DNA from: Andalucia godoyi And28
Taxonomy: Eukaryota; Protista; Jakobida
Direction of reading: 5' to 3'
Assembly (NCBI GenBank): GCA_009859145.1
Contig: VRVR01000038.1
Coordinates: 62,001-126,000 of the forward strand
Length of the DNA: 64,000 nt
Shown: one piece after another, positions 1 through 9,831 of the stretch
How positions within the stretch are numbered: position 1 is the stretch's first letter
How the letters are laid out: the number at the start of each line of letters is the position of its first letter
The notes under the pieces: model-generated
What the model was told of the DNA's origin: nothing
What the model saw: the letters and a program-made list of their open reading frames with translations, nothing else
The model's database searches: none
Program-made: the position numbers and the translations under genes

Positions 1-2
1 CT

Positions 3-1715
3 CTTCCTCCCGTTCCGCAGTGGCAGCGTGGTGCTCTGATTGGTTCGGGCGCGTTTGGAAAAGTGTACCTGGGGCTCGATCTGGAATCCGGGCAACTGCT
101 TGCGGTCAAGGAAGTTGTGTTCCACGGAACAATCACAGCAATCCAGTCGCAGGTCACACAACTCATGCGAGAGATTTCGTTGATGCGGCAACTAGACCAT
201 CCAAACATTGTGCGGTACATTGGCGCAGAGAGGAAGAATGCATCTTTGTATATTTTAATGGAGTATGTACCAGGAGGGTCGCTTGAATCTCTTGTGCACA
301 AGTTTGGATCGCTGACAGAACGCGTGTGTCGTTTGTACACCATTCAGATGCTGCAGGGCCTGTCCTATTTGCATTCACACAAGATCCTGCATCGAGACAT
401 CAAGGGTGCAAACATCTTGGTGAACACGGACGGCACGATCAAGCTGGCGGATTTTGGTGCTTCGAAGCAACTGGCGGAAATGAAGACAATGACGGGCGCC
501 GATGGCTTCGCGTCCATGAAGGGGACGCCCTACTGGATGGCCCCGGAGGTCATCAAGCAAATATCGCATGGAAGGTCCGCGGACGTGTGGAGTGTCGGGT
601 GCACCGTCATTGAAATGGCCACTGGAAAACCCCCTTGGTCGGAATTCACGTCGATTGTCGCTGCCATGTTCCATATCGCAGACACAAACGACATGCCTGC
701 AATGCCCCCGACGTTCTCCGAGTTGGGTGTCGACTTTTTGCGGAGCTGTTTCATCCGGGATCCAAAGATGCGGCCGAATGCCGATGAGTGTCTCCAGCAT
801 CCGTGGATTACGCAGCAGTTCCAAGAAAGGAGAACCACCAATCCCAACCTTGCAAACTTGGCTGCGGCTGCGGCTGCGGGTTCGGGTTCGGGGAAGACGC
901 CTGCTAATGGCCATGTTCCGCCGACAAGTATCAACCTTATTCCTCCGTCTCCTGCGTCACGAACTGGAGGACTATTGTCAAATGGAAGTCTCAGCCCGTC
1001 GCGCGCATATGGCAGTTCCATTGGAGAGGAAGCCTCGACAGTTTCAGAGCTTGCGGCTGCTGGTGCAGAAGAGGACAGCGATGACGACCATGAAGATGAG
1101 GAAGAATTCGACAACGTCATTGATCTCGACGACCCCGATCAAGCCCGGATGGTGCAGAACCGTAAGAAGAACAACAAGAAGAAGAAGAAGAAGACGAAGG
1201 GCAAGAAGAAGCGCGACGAATCTATTCTTTCGCCATCCAACTTTCACGTGCAGGTTGAAGGCGAAGGAGCCGCGGCTTCAACAACGGACACTGGTTTGGG
1301 TGAGCCATCCAAGGATCGCAAACGTGTCCTTCTTCCGTCAAGTTCTCCGGAGCCCTCCACTTCCCCTGCTGGTTCCTCAAATGCGGCTTCGACACCGGGT
1401 GCCCCATCGTCATCATCATTACCCGCCACCGCCACCGCCACCGCCATCGCCCTTGCGCCTCCTTCCGATGATCCGCGGCAGAACATTGTCCCCGACGATC
1501 TCGATGGCGACGATCCTATCCAAGTACCCAAGAATCCGGAAATGCAGCAGAGCTCGATTCTCTTGTATCTGGATCAGAAATCAAAGCGCGACTCGATCCG
1601 GCTCATGGACCAAGACATGCTCAAGAACTGGAAACGCCTCAGTATGGGTCGCAACCAACTCCCAATCACCTCTCCCAGACCAACGCTCGACGACCTCTTT
1701 CAGTCCGATTCCTAA
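3..1715 (+). CDS. MAP kinase kinase kinase (STE11/NPK1-like), 5'-truncated by the window edge
   Basis: Frame open from nt 3: WQRGALIGSGAFGKVYLG, AVKEV, HRDIKGAN, DFG, GTPYWMAPE, ADVWSVGCTVIEMATGKPPW; acidic and poly-Lys C-terminal tail. Confidence 0.92.
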   Translation, partial: LPPVPQWQRGALIGSGAFGKVYLGLDLESGQLLAVKEVVFHGTITAIQSQVTQLMREISLMRQLDHPNIVRYIGAERKNASLYILMEYVPGGSLESLVHKFGSLTERVCRLYTIQMLQGLSYLHSHKILHRDIKGANILVNTDGTIKLADFGASKQLAEMKTMTGADGFASMKGTPYWMAPEVIKQISHGRSADVWSVGCTVIEMATGKPPWSEFTSIVAAMFHIADTNDMPAMPPTFSELGVDFLRSCFIRDPKMRPNADECLQHPWITQQFQERRTTNPNLANLAAAAAAGSGSGKTPANGHVPPTSINLIPPSPASRTGGLLSNGSLSPSRAYGSSIGEEASTVSELAAAGAEEDSDDDHEDEEEFDNVIDLDDPDQARMVQNRKKNNKKKKKKTKGKKKRDESILSPSNFHVQVEGEGAAASTTDTGLGEPSKDRKRVLLPSSSPEPSTSPAGSSNAASTPGAPSSSSLPATATATAIALAPPSDDPRQNIVPDDLDGDDPIQVPKNPEMQQSSILLYLDQKSKRDSIRLMDQDMLKNWKRLSMGRNQLPITSPRPTLDDLFQSDS

Positions 1716-2032
1716 CTGTTTTTCTTCTCTTTCTGTCGTCTCTTCATTTCAACTTTGGGTTCAACACAAACGGGAAAAAACGAAAAACTGCATTTCTAAC
1801 TGATTTTTGGTTTTGTTTTGTTTTGGTGGCTGTTGTTTTCTTTTCCCCCATCTTTCGTTTTATTATGATAGTCGCGAAGGGAAAGAGGAAAGAAAAAAAG
1901 AAAAAACGTGATGCAGAGCATCTGACTGTCGCCAGTGTGTTTGTTTGGGCAGCTTTCCTTCTTCGTCATCCTGAACATCCATTCATTCCGGTTGCATGAA
2001 AACTCCGTATTCTTCTCACTTGCTGCGGCTTG

Positions 2033-2137
2033 CTACTTGCTGGATCGTGACTTTGCGGCGACAAAACCAGCAAAGACTGCGACAGGCAGCACGACGAACT
2101 CTGCAATGTGTGAGATGTTTCGGACAAGCTGTCTCAT
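2033..2137 (-). CDS. Putative 34-aa single-pass membrane microprotein
   Basis: MRQLVRNISHIAEFVVLPVAVFAGFVAAKSRSSK: one hydrophobic helix plus basic tail, GC-balanced island between low-complexity spacers; no family recognised. Confidence 0.3.
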   Translation of the reverse strand: MRQLVRNISHIAEFVVLPVAVFAGFVAAKSRSSK

Positions 2138-2521
2138 TCCTGATACTCCTTTTTTTTCCCCTCCCTGTTTGTTTTTCCTTTTCCTTTTCTCTACTGTTTT
2201 CCTCTGCGCGCTGCGTATTGCGTGCTTTCTTTTCCCCCCAAATAAAATTACGATGAAAATCACACAACCCAAATTCAGAGGAGACTATGTGATAAAAGAA
2301 TCCGAGTCCAAGAAAGAAAAAACAAGAAACGAAAGCCTATTCAAACGAGGATAGCGTCTATTTCTACGCTCGACGATGGGTGTTGATGGAGTTTTTTTTA
2401 CAGTAGTTTTCAATGGAGCGAGTGTTTAAGTGGTAATTGTTTTTTACAGCAGGAAAAAGAAAAGAAAAGCGCGGGAGGAAGAAAAAACATCGTTGGTACA
2501 ACAACAACGCAGAGGGAATCA

Positions 2522-2695
2522 CTAGTGATGTTTTTTCGATCCGAATCGCGCATGAGTTCGCTCTGCGATTTGGTCATAGGCGACGTACACAAGGAACAGT
2601 CCCACTCCAAGTCCAAATCCAGGAAATGCAAATCGAAAGTTTCCATTCAGCTTCGGGTGGTTTCTCCACGCATCATTCTTTCCGAAAAACCCCAT
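2522..2695 (-). CDS. NDUFB3: NADH:ubiquinone oxidoreductase B12 subunit (57 aa)
   Basis: MGFFGKNDAWRNHPKLNGNFRFAFPGFGLGVGLFLVYVAYDQI matches the NDUFB3 pattern D.WR.HP.L...R.A.PG.G.GV..F.VY. Confidence 0.82.
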   Translation of the reverse strand: MGFFGKNDAWRNHPKLNGNFRFAFPGFGLGVGLFLVYVAYDQIAERTHARFGSKKHH

Positions 2696-3029
2696 TGCGG
2701 CTGCCCCCTTGCTCTTGCTTGCTGACGCTTGCCAACTTACTTTCAAAAACAAACACAAAGGATGGATTATTCACTTAGTCAAAACATTTAAAGGTAGAAT
2801 GAAAGGCAAACCCCACCAATAAACTATGACAAATTATGCCAAACGGGAAGTTAGGGTTTTTTGTTGTTGTTGTTGTTGTTCTGTTTTCGATGATTGTCCA
2901 AAATACAAAACAACATCTACGACAGTTTCCTCGTTGTTGCGCTTGCACGGCTCTACGAACGTTTTATATGACGACCACTGAGATAAACAAAAGGTTTTAA
3001 AACTCTGTACAAGAATGAAGGCAGCGAAG

Positions 3030-6000
3030 TCAGCAGCGCGTTCGGTTCTCAAACACGCGGATTTCGCCACGCACGTCGGTTGTGAGAATGAGGGCGTTCT
3101 TGGACGAGTCCGATCGAAACGGGACAAACATTGCATTGGTAAGCGCACACGTTGGTCCGTCATCCACTGGAGGAATGGCCTGCAACACGATCTTTTCTTC
3201 GGATATTGGATATCCGATCGTCACGCTTCTGGCCGAAGACCCGGAGGAGGCAGAGCCACCTAGCGCGTGAGCAGGACCAGCCTTTTTTCCAGAGGGGTCC
3301 GAAGACGCAGCAAAGATGTGCTTGGACTTTGCAGCAGCAGCGGCGGTGGCAGACGACGAAGAAGCCGCGGACGCCGTCGAAGCGGAGGAAGAGGGCAGCA
3401 CATGCGATGTGGGAGTGTTTGTTGCAACGGGCTGAAGCGTCGGGAGGTTGCAAGTGGCAACGAACGCCTCGTAATGTTTGTTCAGGTCCTTGCGATGCCC
3501 TGCGACGGCCGGGTTCGGAGAACTCCTCCAAATGTATACTTTTCCGTCGTCGGATCCCGAAACAATGTACGTGCCATTTTGCGAAAAGCCGCCAACGAGC
3601 TGCGACCGCTTGTTAATATAGCCGCGATACTTGCAGCCGCACGAAAAGTCATTGATGTTGAAGAGACGAATGCGCGAATCGTTGGTGGACACCAGCACCT
3701 TGTCACCATCTGGAGATACGGAAAACCCCGTAATCTTTGGCGGCGGTGCACCGCTGCGTTTCGGCTTGTCCAAAGTAGGGGAAGCGGACTCCTGGTCGTC
3801 ATCCAACTCGCGTCGCCACGGTCTTCGAATACGCTTCCACCACTTTCTTCGCTTCGACGTGCGAATCACATCGATCCTCGTGAGTGCGCGGAACCCAAAT
3901 GAGTCCTCCGCTTCCTTGCACACGAACAGCGACCATGTTCCCTCGAATGATCCGGTCATGATCAGAATCGGAGAAGTGCCGTGCTGGACTTGGGATGCAG
4001 GTGTCATCATAACAGACAGCGAGGTGAGGAAGTTCTTTGTGTCCAGCCAGTGAAGCACCTTTTTGCCCGGTATGTTCCACAGACGGAGGCGCTCGTCCAG
4101 GGAGACAGAAAAGAACATTTTTTCATTCAGCGGATGAAACGCAACTCCAGTAACAAAATCATCGTGCTTGAACATCCACAAGCATGCGTCGCGTGATATA
4201 TGCCATAAACGAACCGTGCGATCCATGGAACCAGAAATGACAAAATTCGATGGAGACCAATCCAGGCAAAATATATCGCCAGTGTGCCCCGTCCACTGCT
4301 TGAGCGGGATCTCCTTTACCAACTTGCGCTTCTCCGCAGCAGCTTGTGAATGCGTAGTTGTGGACGAGGAAGACGCCGATTTTGTCTCCCACTGGTCCTT
4401 GCTGCTGTCCGGAGCAAAGCTCTGCGGAGGCATGCTGCCGCCACCTGCAGCAAGCCCCGCATTCGCCGACGAAGACTGCGGAGTTATTGCGCCTCGATGA
4501 ATCTTCCAGACACGAACAATCCCATCTTGTCCTCCTGTGGCAAGATACTTTCCGGTATGAGAAAACTTTGCGGCCCAGATGGAGCCTGCATGCCCCGGTA
4601 GAGCCTGAATAAGTACTACATCCTTGAACTCCCGTTCTGAATTCTTGATATTCGACGACGTTCGCACATTCCAGCCTTGCGGTGGCAAGGAAATCTGATA
4701 CGCAAATCCGTGCGGATGCGATGGACTAAACGGAATATCTTTCGGCTCTGCAGATCCCGTGCCTTTAAAGAGACACCCGCCACACAAGAAGGCGGAACCC
4801 GTCTGCTGCTGCTCCTCCTCGCCTAGTAACCCTGTCGCAGAAGGAGGCGCGGCTCCAGAAGGCGTTGCTCCGCTAGAATCGTGTCCTTGGATCTGTTTCC
4901 CGGAAAGCTGTGGAGTGTTCGCAGCACTCTGAGATGCAAACTGAGCGGCTGCAGACGGTCGAACAGGACTTGGTAGGGTGCCACGAAAATCCCGATCACC
5001 CGTCTTGCGCAACGAACTGCCAGATGTGCCAGAGTGCATTCCGGATGACGGCGATTGGCTCCTGGAAAGCGACCGCAGTCGAGGCGATTCTGCTCTTCCG
5101 ATTGTTGAGCTGTTCGACGAATCTCTGTTCCGCATTGCGGCGGGTCCAAACGACGACCGCCTCGATCTCGAACCACCATTGTCCTCAACGTTGGAAACAT
5201 GTCGAGGATGCAGCGGATTTCCACGCATGGAAAACCTTCGATACATTGGATGAAGTCCAACTGGACTTGGATCAGGAGACGACGGAATTGGATACCCTTC
5301 CTCCTCGACTATCCTCGCTTCGCCACGGGAATCTGGTCCAAACGGACTGAAGTTCCGATCTCGCATAGCGCGATCGGCGTGTTCGAATTCATGATCCTCC
5401 TCCTCCTCCTCCTCATCATCATCATCATCATCACCAGCACGAACACCAGCACGAACACCAGCATCCGCATGTGCATGCGCATGCATGTCCGCGGCTGAAA
5501 CTGAGAAGCTACGTTCTGAATCCAGCTCCGGAAGAGTGAGTTCGCGCAGCGTTTCCTCGACAATGGCAGCTTCCATCTGCCTACGTGAAATCCGATCACT
5601 TGACTCTCTCCGAATGGACGACTGACGAAACTCAGCAGCCGCATCACTGGTTTCATTGCCGCTGCTACTAACACTACTGCTACTGATTACTGCTGACTTG
5701 TAATTGGCTGCGGCTACTGCAGCCGAGAGAGATGCAGCACCAGCAACAGATGATGAAGACGGCTGAAAGGGCGGGAGTGATGGATCCACGGGCAACGGAG
5801 ATTCTTCAATAGCTGGAGAATCCGGTATTGCGACTCTGCAAACCCCTGACGAAGCCGAGTCGATTGATGGATCTCGAAGAGGAAAAGGCGTCAAACAACT
5901 GATGCTGGATTGCCCGGTGTGATTAGCGTGCGCAGATAGCACCAACTTGTTGGGAAGCGGATCGGGACTTGTGAGAATCGAAATGGAGATATGGCCCATG

Positions 6001-6080
6001 TCTCCTTCGATTGCATCTTCAAACTGTTCATCTTCATCCGAGTCCGATTCAAACAACGAATGATGATTGCTTGAGATCAT
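3030..6080 (-). CDS. WDR44: WD40-repeat protein, WDR44-like
   Basis: Acidic disordered N-terminus; IQALPGHAGSIWAAKFSHTGKYLATGGQDG, WTGHTGDIFCLDWS, FKHDDFVTGVAFHP, ITGF...VLVSTNDSRIRL, YIVSGSDDGKVYIW. Confidence 0.8.
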   Translation of the reverse strand: MISSNHHSLFESDSDEDEQFEDAIEGDMGHISISILTSPDPLPNKLVLSAHANHTGQSSISCLTPFPLRDPSIDSASSGVCRVAIPDSPAIEESPLPVDPSLPPFQPSSSSVAGAASLSAAVAAANYKSAVISSSSVSSSGNETSDAAAEFRQSSIRRESSDRISRRQMEAAIVEETLRELTLPELDSERSFSVSAADMHAHAHADAGVRAGVRAGDDDDDDEEEEEEDHEFEHADRAMRDRNFSPFGPDSRGEARIVEEEGYPIPSSPDPSPVGLHPMYRRFSMRGNPLHPRHVSNVEDNGGSRSRRSSFGPAAMRNRDSSNSSTIGRAESPRLRSLSRSQSPSSGMHSGTSGSSLRKTGDRDFRGTLPSPVRPSAAAQFASQSAANTPQLSGKQIQGHDSSGATPSGAAPPSATGLLGEEEQQQTGSAFLCGGCLFKGTGSAEPKDIPFSPSHPHGFAYQISLPPQGWNVRTSSNIKNSEREFKDVVLIQALPGHAGSIWAAKFSHTGKYLATGGQDGIVRVWKIHRGAITPQSSSANAGLAAGGGSMPPQSFAPDSSKDQWETKSASSSSTTTHSQAAAEKRKLVKEIPLKQWTGHTGDIFCLDWSPSNFVISGSMDRTVRLWHISRDACLWMFKHDDFVTGVAFHPLNEKMFFSVSLDERLRLWNIPGKKVLHWLDTKNFLTSLSVMMTPASQVQHGTSPILIMTGSFEGTWSLFVCKEAEDSFGFRALTRIDVIRTSKRRKWWKRIRRPWRRELDDDQESASPTLDKPKRSGAPPPKITGFSVSPDGDKVLVSTNDSRIRLFNINDFSCGCKYRGYINKRSQLVGGFSQNGTYIVSGSDDGKVYIWRSSPNPAVAGHRKDLNKHYEAFVATCNLPTLQPVATNTPTSHVLPSSSASTASAASSSSATAAAAAKSKHIFAASSDPSGKKAGPAHALGGSASSGSSARSVTIGYPISEEKIVLQAIPPVDDGPTCALTNAMFVPFRSDSSKNALILTTDVRGEIRVFENRTRC

Positions 6081-6140
6081 GAAGAAAACAAAAAAGGTTC
6101 ACCAAGGCTTCCTGTTCCTCCCTATTTGCTGAGTCTCTTT

Positions 6141-6177
<37 letters not shown>

Positions 6178-6774
6178 GGGGGGAAATCGGCTTTTTCACG
6201 CTTTAAAAACAAACACCCTTGGAATTTTTTACGCAATGCACATAGTAGATGCTTGAGAAAACGGTCCGAAAATATCGTATGCGTCGGGACTCGGGGGAAA
6301 CGGAAGAGCACGAATGAGCGAACACGATGGATGTTAGAAATGGATGGAGAAAGAAGATAAAGAAAAGGAAGATATGAAGAAGGAAACGAAGGCGAGAAGA
6401 AGGATGCGTTCGAGGTTTTCCAATGGAAGTCCAGTTTTTTCCTCGGCGATGAGTATCAAGTATTTGCCGCCAAATACCCGGCTCTCTTATCGGGAACAGG
6501 ATTGGTCAAATGCAAACTACCGTAGACATCACCGCGTTTTTTCCCGATCGGGGCATTATCGGGTGATTTTCGGCGAAACTTGTATGTTTCTCTCCCCGAA
6601 TTCACTCGCCAAAGAAAAAAACCGTACAAATTGATTTTCGAAAAAAGATTGATGCAGCTTTTTTTGATTTATATATATATATATTATTTTATCTGGGTCG
6701 CGTGTTTTTCACATTGTTATGGCTTAAGTCGTTTTGAAGACGGCGCAGGAAAGGTTTGAGGAAGGGGAGGGGGA

Positions 6775-8058
6775 ATGGTGCGGTGTTGTGAGAAAATATC
6801 GGAGAAGGAAGCGGCGCAGATTGCGGCGTTGGAAATCCGAGGTGTGTTGCTTGACAAGGATGGGACTCTTGTGGATTTCCTTGGATTATGGGGCCCAACA
6901 TTCGTGTGCGCCACTTACAATTTCACGTGTCGCATAAGCAAAATGTTGGGTAAGTACCAACACCTCCACAACAACAACAACGGCAACGGCAACAACAACA
7001 ACAACAACGACAACGACAACGGCAACGGCAACAACAACGGCAACGACAACGACAACGACAACGGCAGCAGCAATCATGGTGTGAGCAGCAATGGGGATGT
7101 GTCGAGTGGGGACTTCTTTTCTGCCGATGAAAAATGGAGGGTTTGCTGCGATCTTTGCCAGTCTGTTGGACTCTGCATCAAGTTTCCCAATGGACACCAG
7201 AGCTACCATCAACACCACCCGTTCTTTTCAGCAGAGCCTCAGTATGAAAAAGACCAGATTTCACATGCGCAGTCTCTGTTACCGTTCCTGTCAATTCAGA
7301 GCAGCACGTCGTTGTTCGTAATTGGACGAACTGTGGAAATCGCCGACTGTTTTATTCGTGTTCTCCGCGGAAAATACTCACAATCGGAGCGTACCGAGGC
7401 TATGATTGCGCACGTCTTCCATGATTCACCGAACACAGAGATTGCTTCAATGTTGCGAGAACAGGTGTACACGTTTCAAGCACTGCAGTGGAACATTGCA
7501 CATGGAGCGTGGTTCTCCGGGCAGGAAAAGGTGTGCAAGGTGCTGCGCGCGATCAAGGAGCGAGGGTACACGCTTGGAGTGACGACACAGGATGAGAAGA
7601 TGTTCGCAATGTCGTGTTTGCGCGCCATGAAGCTCGTGATTGGCGACGAACGCGATGATGATAATGGTGACGGTGATTCGCGGCATGCGCGAGTAGATCT
7701 GTGTTCCTCTACTGCAGTGTTGCAAGAACCGCTAGTGGTGGCAGCCGATGAAGGATACGGAGAGAAGCCGCACCCAGGAATGGTATTTCGATTTGCTTCT
7801 GTCTCCAAGATTGATCCACGAAACATCTGCATTGTGGGAGACTCGGTAGATGACATGAAAATGGCATTTCGGTCCACCGTGCGGCTTTTTGTCGGGATTC
7901 TGTCTGGAGTGACCAGCGCTGCGGAATTCGACGAATGCCTCGAGTCCCTGAAATCGGAAGGACATCCTGTCGCATGCAACAATGATTCGGAGCCGGATCA
8001 TGAAACCGCGATCGTGTACCTAAACCACATCAGCGATCTTGCGCGGCTGCTTCCATAG
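6775..8058 (+). CDS. HAD-superfamily hydrolase/phosphatase
   Basis: Motif I LLDKDGTL, motif II GVTTQD, motif III EKPHPG, motif IV IVGDSVDDM. Confidence 0.82.
   Translation: MVRCCEKISEKEAAQIAALEIRGVLLDKDGTLVDFLGLWGPTFVCATYNFTCRISKMLGKYQHLHNNNNGNGNNNNNNDNDNGNGNNNGNDNDNDNGSSNHGVSSNGDVSSGDFFSADEKWRVCCDLCQSVGLCIKFPNGHQSYHQHHPFFSAEPQYEKDQISHAQSLLPFLSIQSSTSLFVIGRTVEIADCFIRVLRGKYSQSERTEAMIAHVFHDSPNTEIASMLREQVYTFQALQWNIAHGAWFSGQEKVCKVLRAIKERGYTLGVTTQDEKMFAMSCLRAMKLVIGDERDDDNGDGDSRHARVDLCSSTAVLQEPLVVAADEGYGEKPHPGMVFRFASVSKIDPRNICIVGDSVDDMKMAFRSTVRLFVGILSGVTSAAEFDECLESLKSEGHPVACNNDSEPDHETAIVYLNHISDLARLLP
6970..7065 (+). repeat. In-frame AAC/GAC/GGC triplet tract encoding an N/D/G-rich insertion
   Basis: aacaacaacaacggcaacggcaac... 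inside the HAD ORF. Confidence 0.9.
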
Positions 8059-8065
8059 AGGATGC

Positions 8066-9088
8066 TCATGCAGGAGCAGGTATCGGCGTAGGCGCTGGTG
8101 CGGGAGCGGAAGTGGAAGCGGGAGCGGAAGTGGAAGCGGGAGCGGGAACTTGTGTTTGCGCAGGGCGCGGTCCCAAGTTGGCCATTACTGAAGTCGAGGG
8201 AGGCATCGTGGATGCCGATGGGTCGGTGGCTCTTGCGCGGGCCTCCCCTGCAGCTTGCATCATGCTTTCCAAATCCTCACCTCGCTCGAGTCTTTCTTCT
8301 GCCGCGAGTCGTCTGAGCACCCGAATGCCCACTTTAAACTGAAATGCAAGCATGATGATGACAATTCGCACGAGGAACAGAGGCGTAAATTCCACCAAGG
8401 CGTACCACACGAGTGTACCTGTGAGCAAGATCAGGAATGCATTCAGCCGCGTATCCGAGTCTCGCATTGCCGCTGAAATGCCCAGCATGTCGACGAGTAG
8501 ATTAAAGAGATGTAGTCCGATTGACATAGCCACACTCAAATCGCCAACTGAAATCGTCAGCAGGAGGATCAGCACGAGGAAACAAATGTCCATGGACAGC
8601 AAGAACACAAGCGACCGTTTCCTTCGAAGGTGCAGCAGCAATTCATAAGACGGAATTGTTGTTTCATAATCCACATCTTCCCAGATATGCGTGATGCGCG
8701 GGAAATTCGATGCCTGAAATCTGGCAAATGGAAACCCAAACCGCGTGAACAAAACACTCCGTTCACTCTGCAGCCGTCGCTCTTCAGCCTCTTCATTCAG
8801 CCTCGCTGTTTCTCTCGCCTCCGCTTCCGCAGCCTCCTTTGCAGGATCCACGGCCATTGATATTGATCCATCTGGATGAGAAACCAGAAACCGATCCGGA
8901 ATCGCAAATCCCGCCGACTCGGAAGCTTCCGACGATGACGGCTGTGAAGAAGATGACGGCTGTGAAGAAGAGTGCAAGTTCGACATGTCCGTCATTTCAA
9001 TCTGAACGCGATCCTCTGATCGGCTTGCAGACGACGCACTGCCACTACTTGGCGCTAAAAATGGCTCGTGATCGTAATCATGATCCCG

Positions 9089-9123
<35 letters not shown>

Positions 9124-9247
9124 GACCATACGGATCCGTCTCGGATGGTTGATCGTGGCTGCCAAGTAAACGCGGGTTCTCCTCATCCGTCGAGTGCCCC
9201 TGTACACGTTCATGTTTTCGATGCGCAGCCCTCCGAAAGAACGGCAT
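8066..9247 (-). CDS. Hypothetical multi-pass membrane protein (about 4 TM helices)
   Basis: Long ORF, likely start MPFFRR at 9247; acidic N-terminus, four hydrophobic segments, PAPAST-repeat tail. Confidence 0.7.
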
Positions 9248-9831
9248 GTTTTGAAATGTATGCACTACCCCTATCAAGAAAAAAAACACGTACACCAAAA
9301 AAGAACAATCTTTTCTCAATATATATATGTGTGTGTGTGTGTGTGTATGTGTGTGCGTGTATTAAATTTTCAACGAAAATGATGAAAATATGCAAAGGAA
9401 CCAAAAATGAAGCTCAGAGTTTGTTTCGCAAGTAGACGAAACCACCACCACACCCCACATCCTTATTGGACTCGTTTGAAAAAGGTTGGGTCTGCCTGAA
9501 GTCTAAACTACAGTTGATGGCGGGCAGGTCGGGGGCTGTCGGAGAATAAAAAGCAGCCAGCTTTTGGCAGGCAGGCAATGCGCTTCCCGCAAAGCGCAGG
9601 GCGCACGAAACGCACGAAACGCATGCAGTTTGTTCTGAGCATTCCTGAGCTCTGCCTTCTCTTTTATTTTTCTATCTTTGTTCTTGATTTCTTTTCTTTT
9701 CTTTTCTATTCTATTCTTTTCTTTTCTATTCTTTTCGTTAATTGAATCATTTTATTTTTATAGTTTGTCGCCATTTTGCTGTTGCTGTTGGGGATTTGAA
9801 AGAGAGGGAGATTTTGGGAAAGGATAATAAT

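Noticed and set aside
568-1803. Long alternative-frame and antisense ORFs overlapping real genes (for example 568-1803, 9706-10806, 29819-30790)
   Set aside because: No motifs; expected shadows of GC-balanced coding sequence.
6449-6774. Upstream exon of the HAD gene using GTATGT at 6582
   Set aside because: The plausible acceptors create an immediate TGA or are poor GAG sites; the HAD ORF is complete from 6775.
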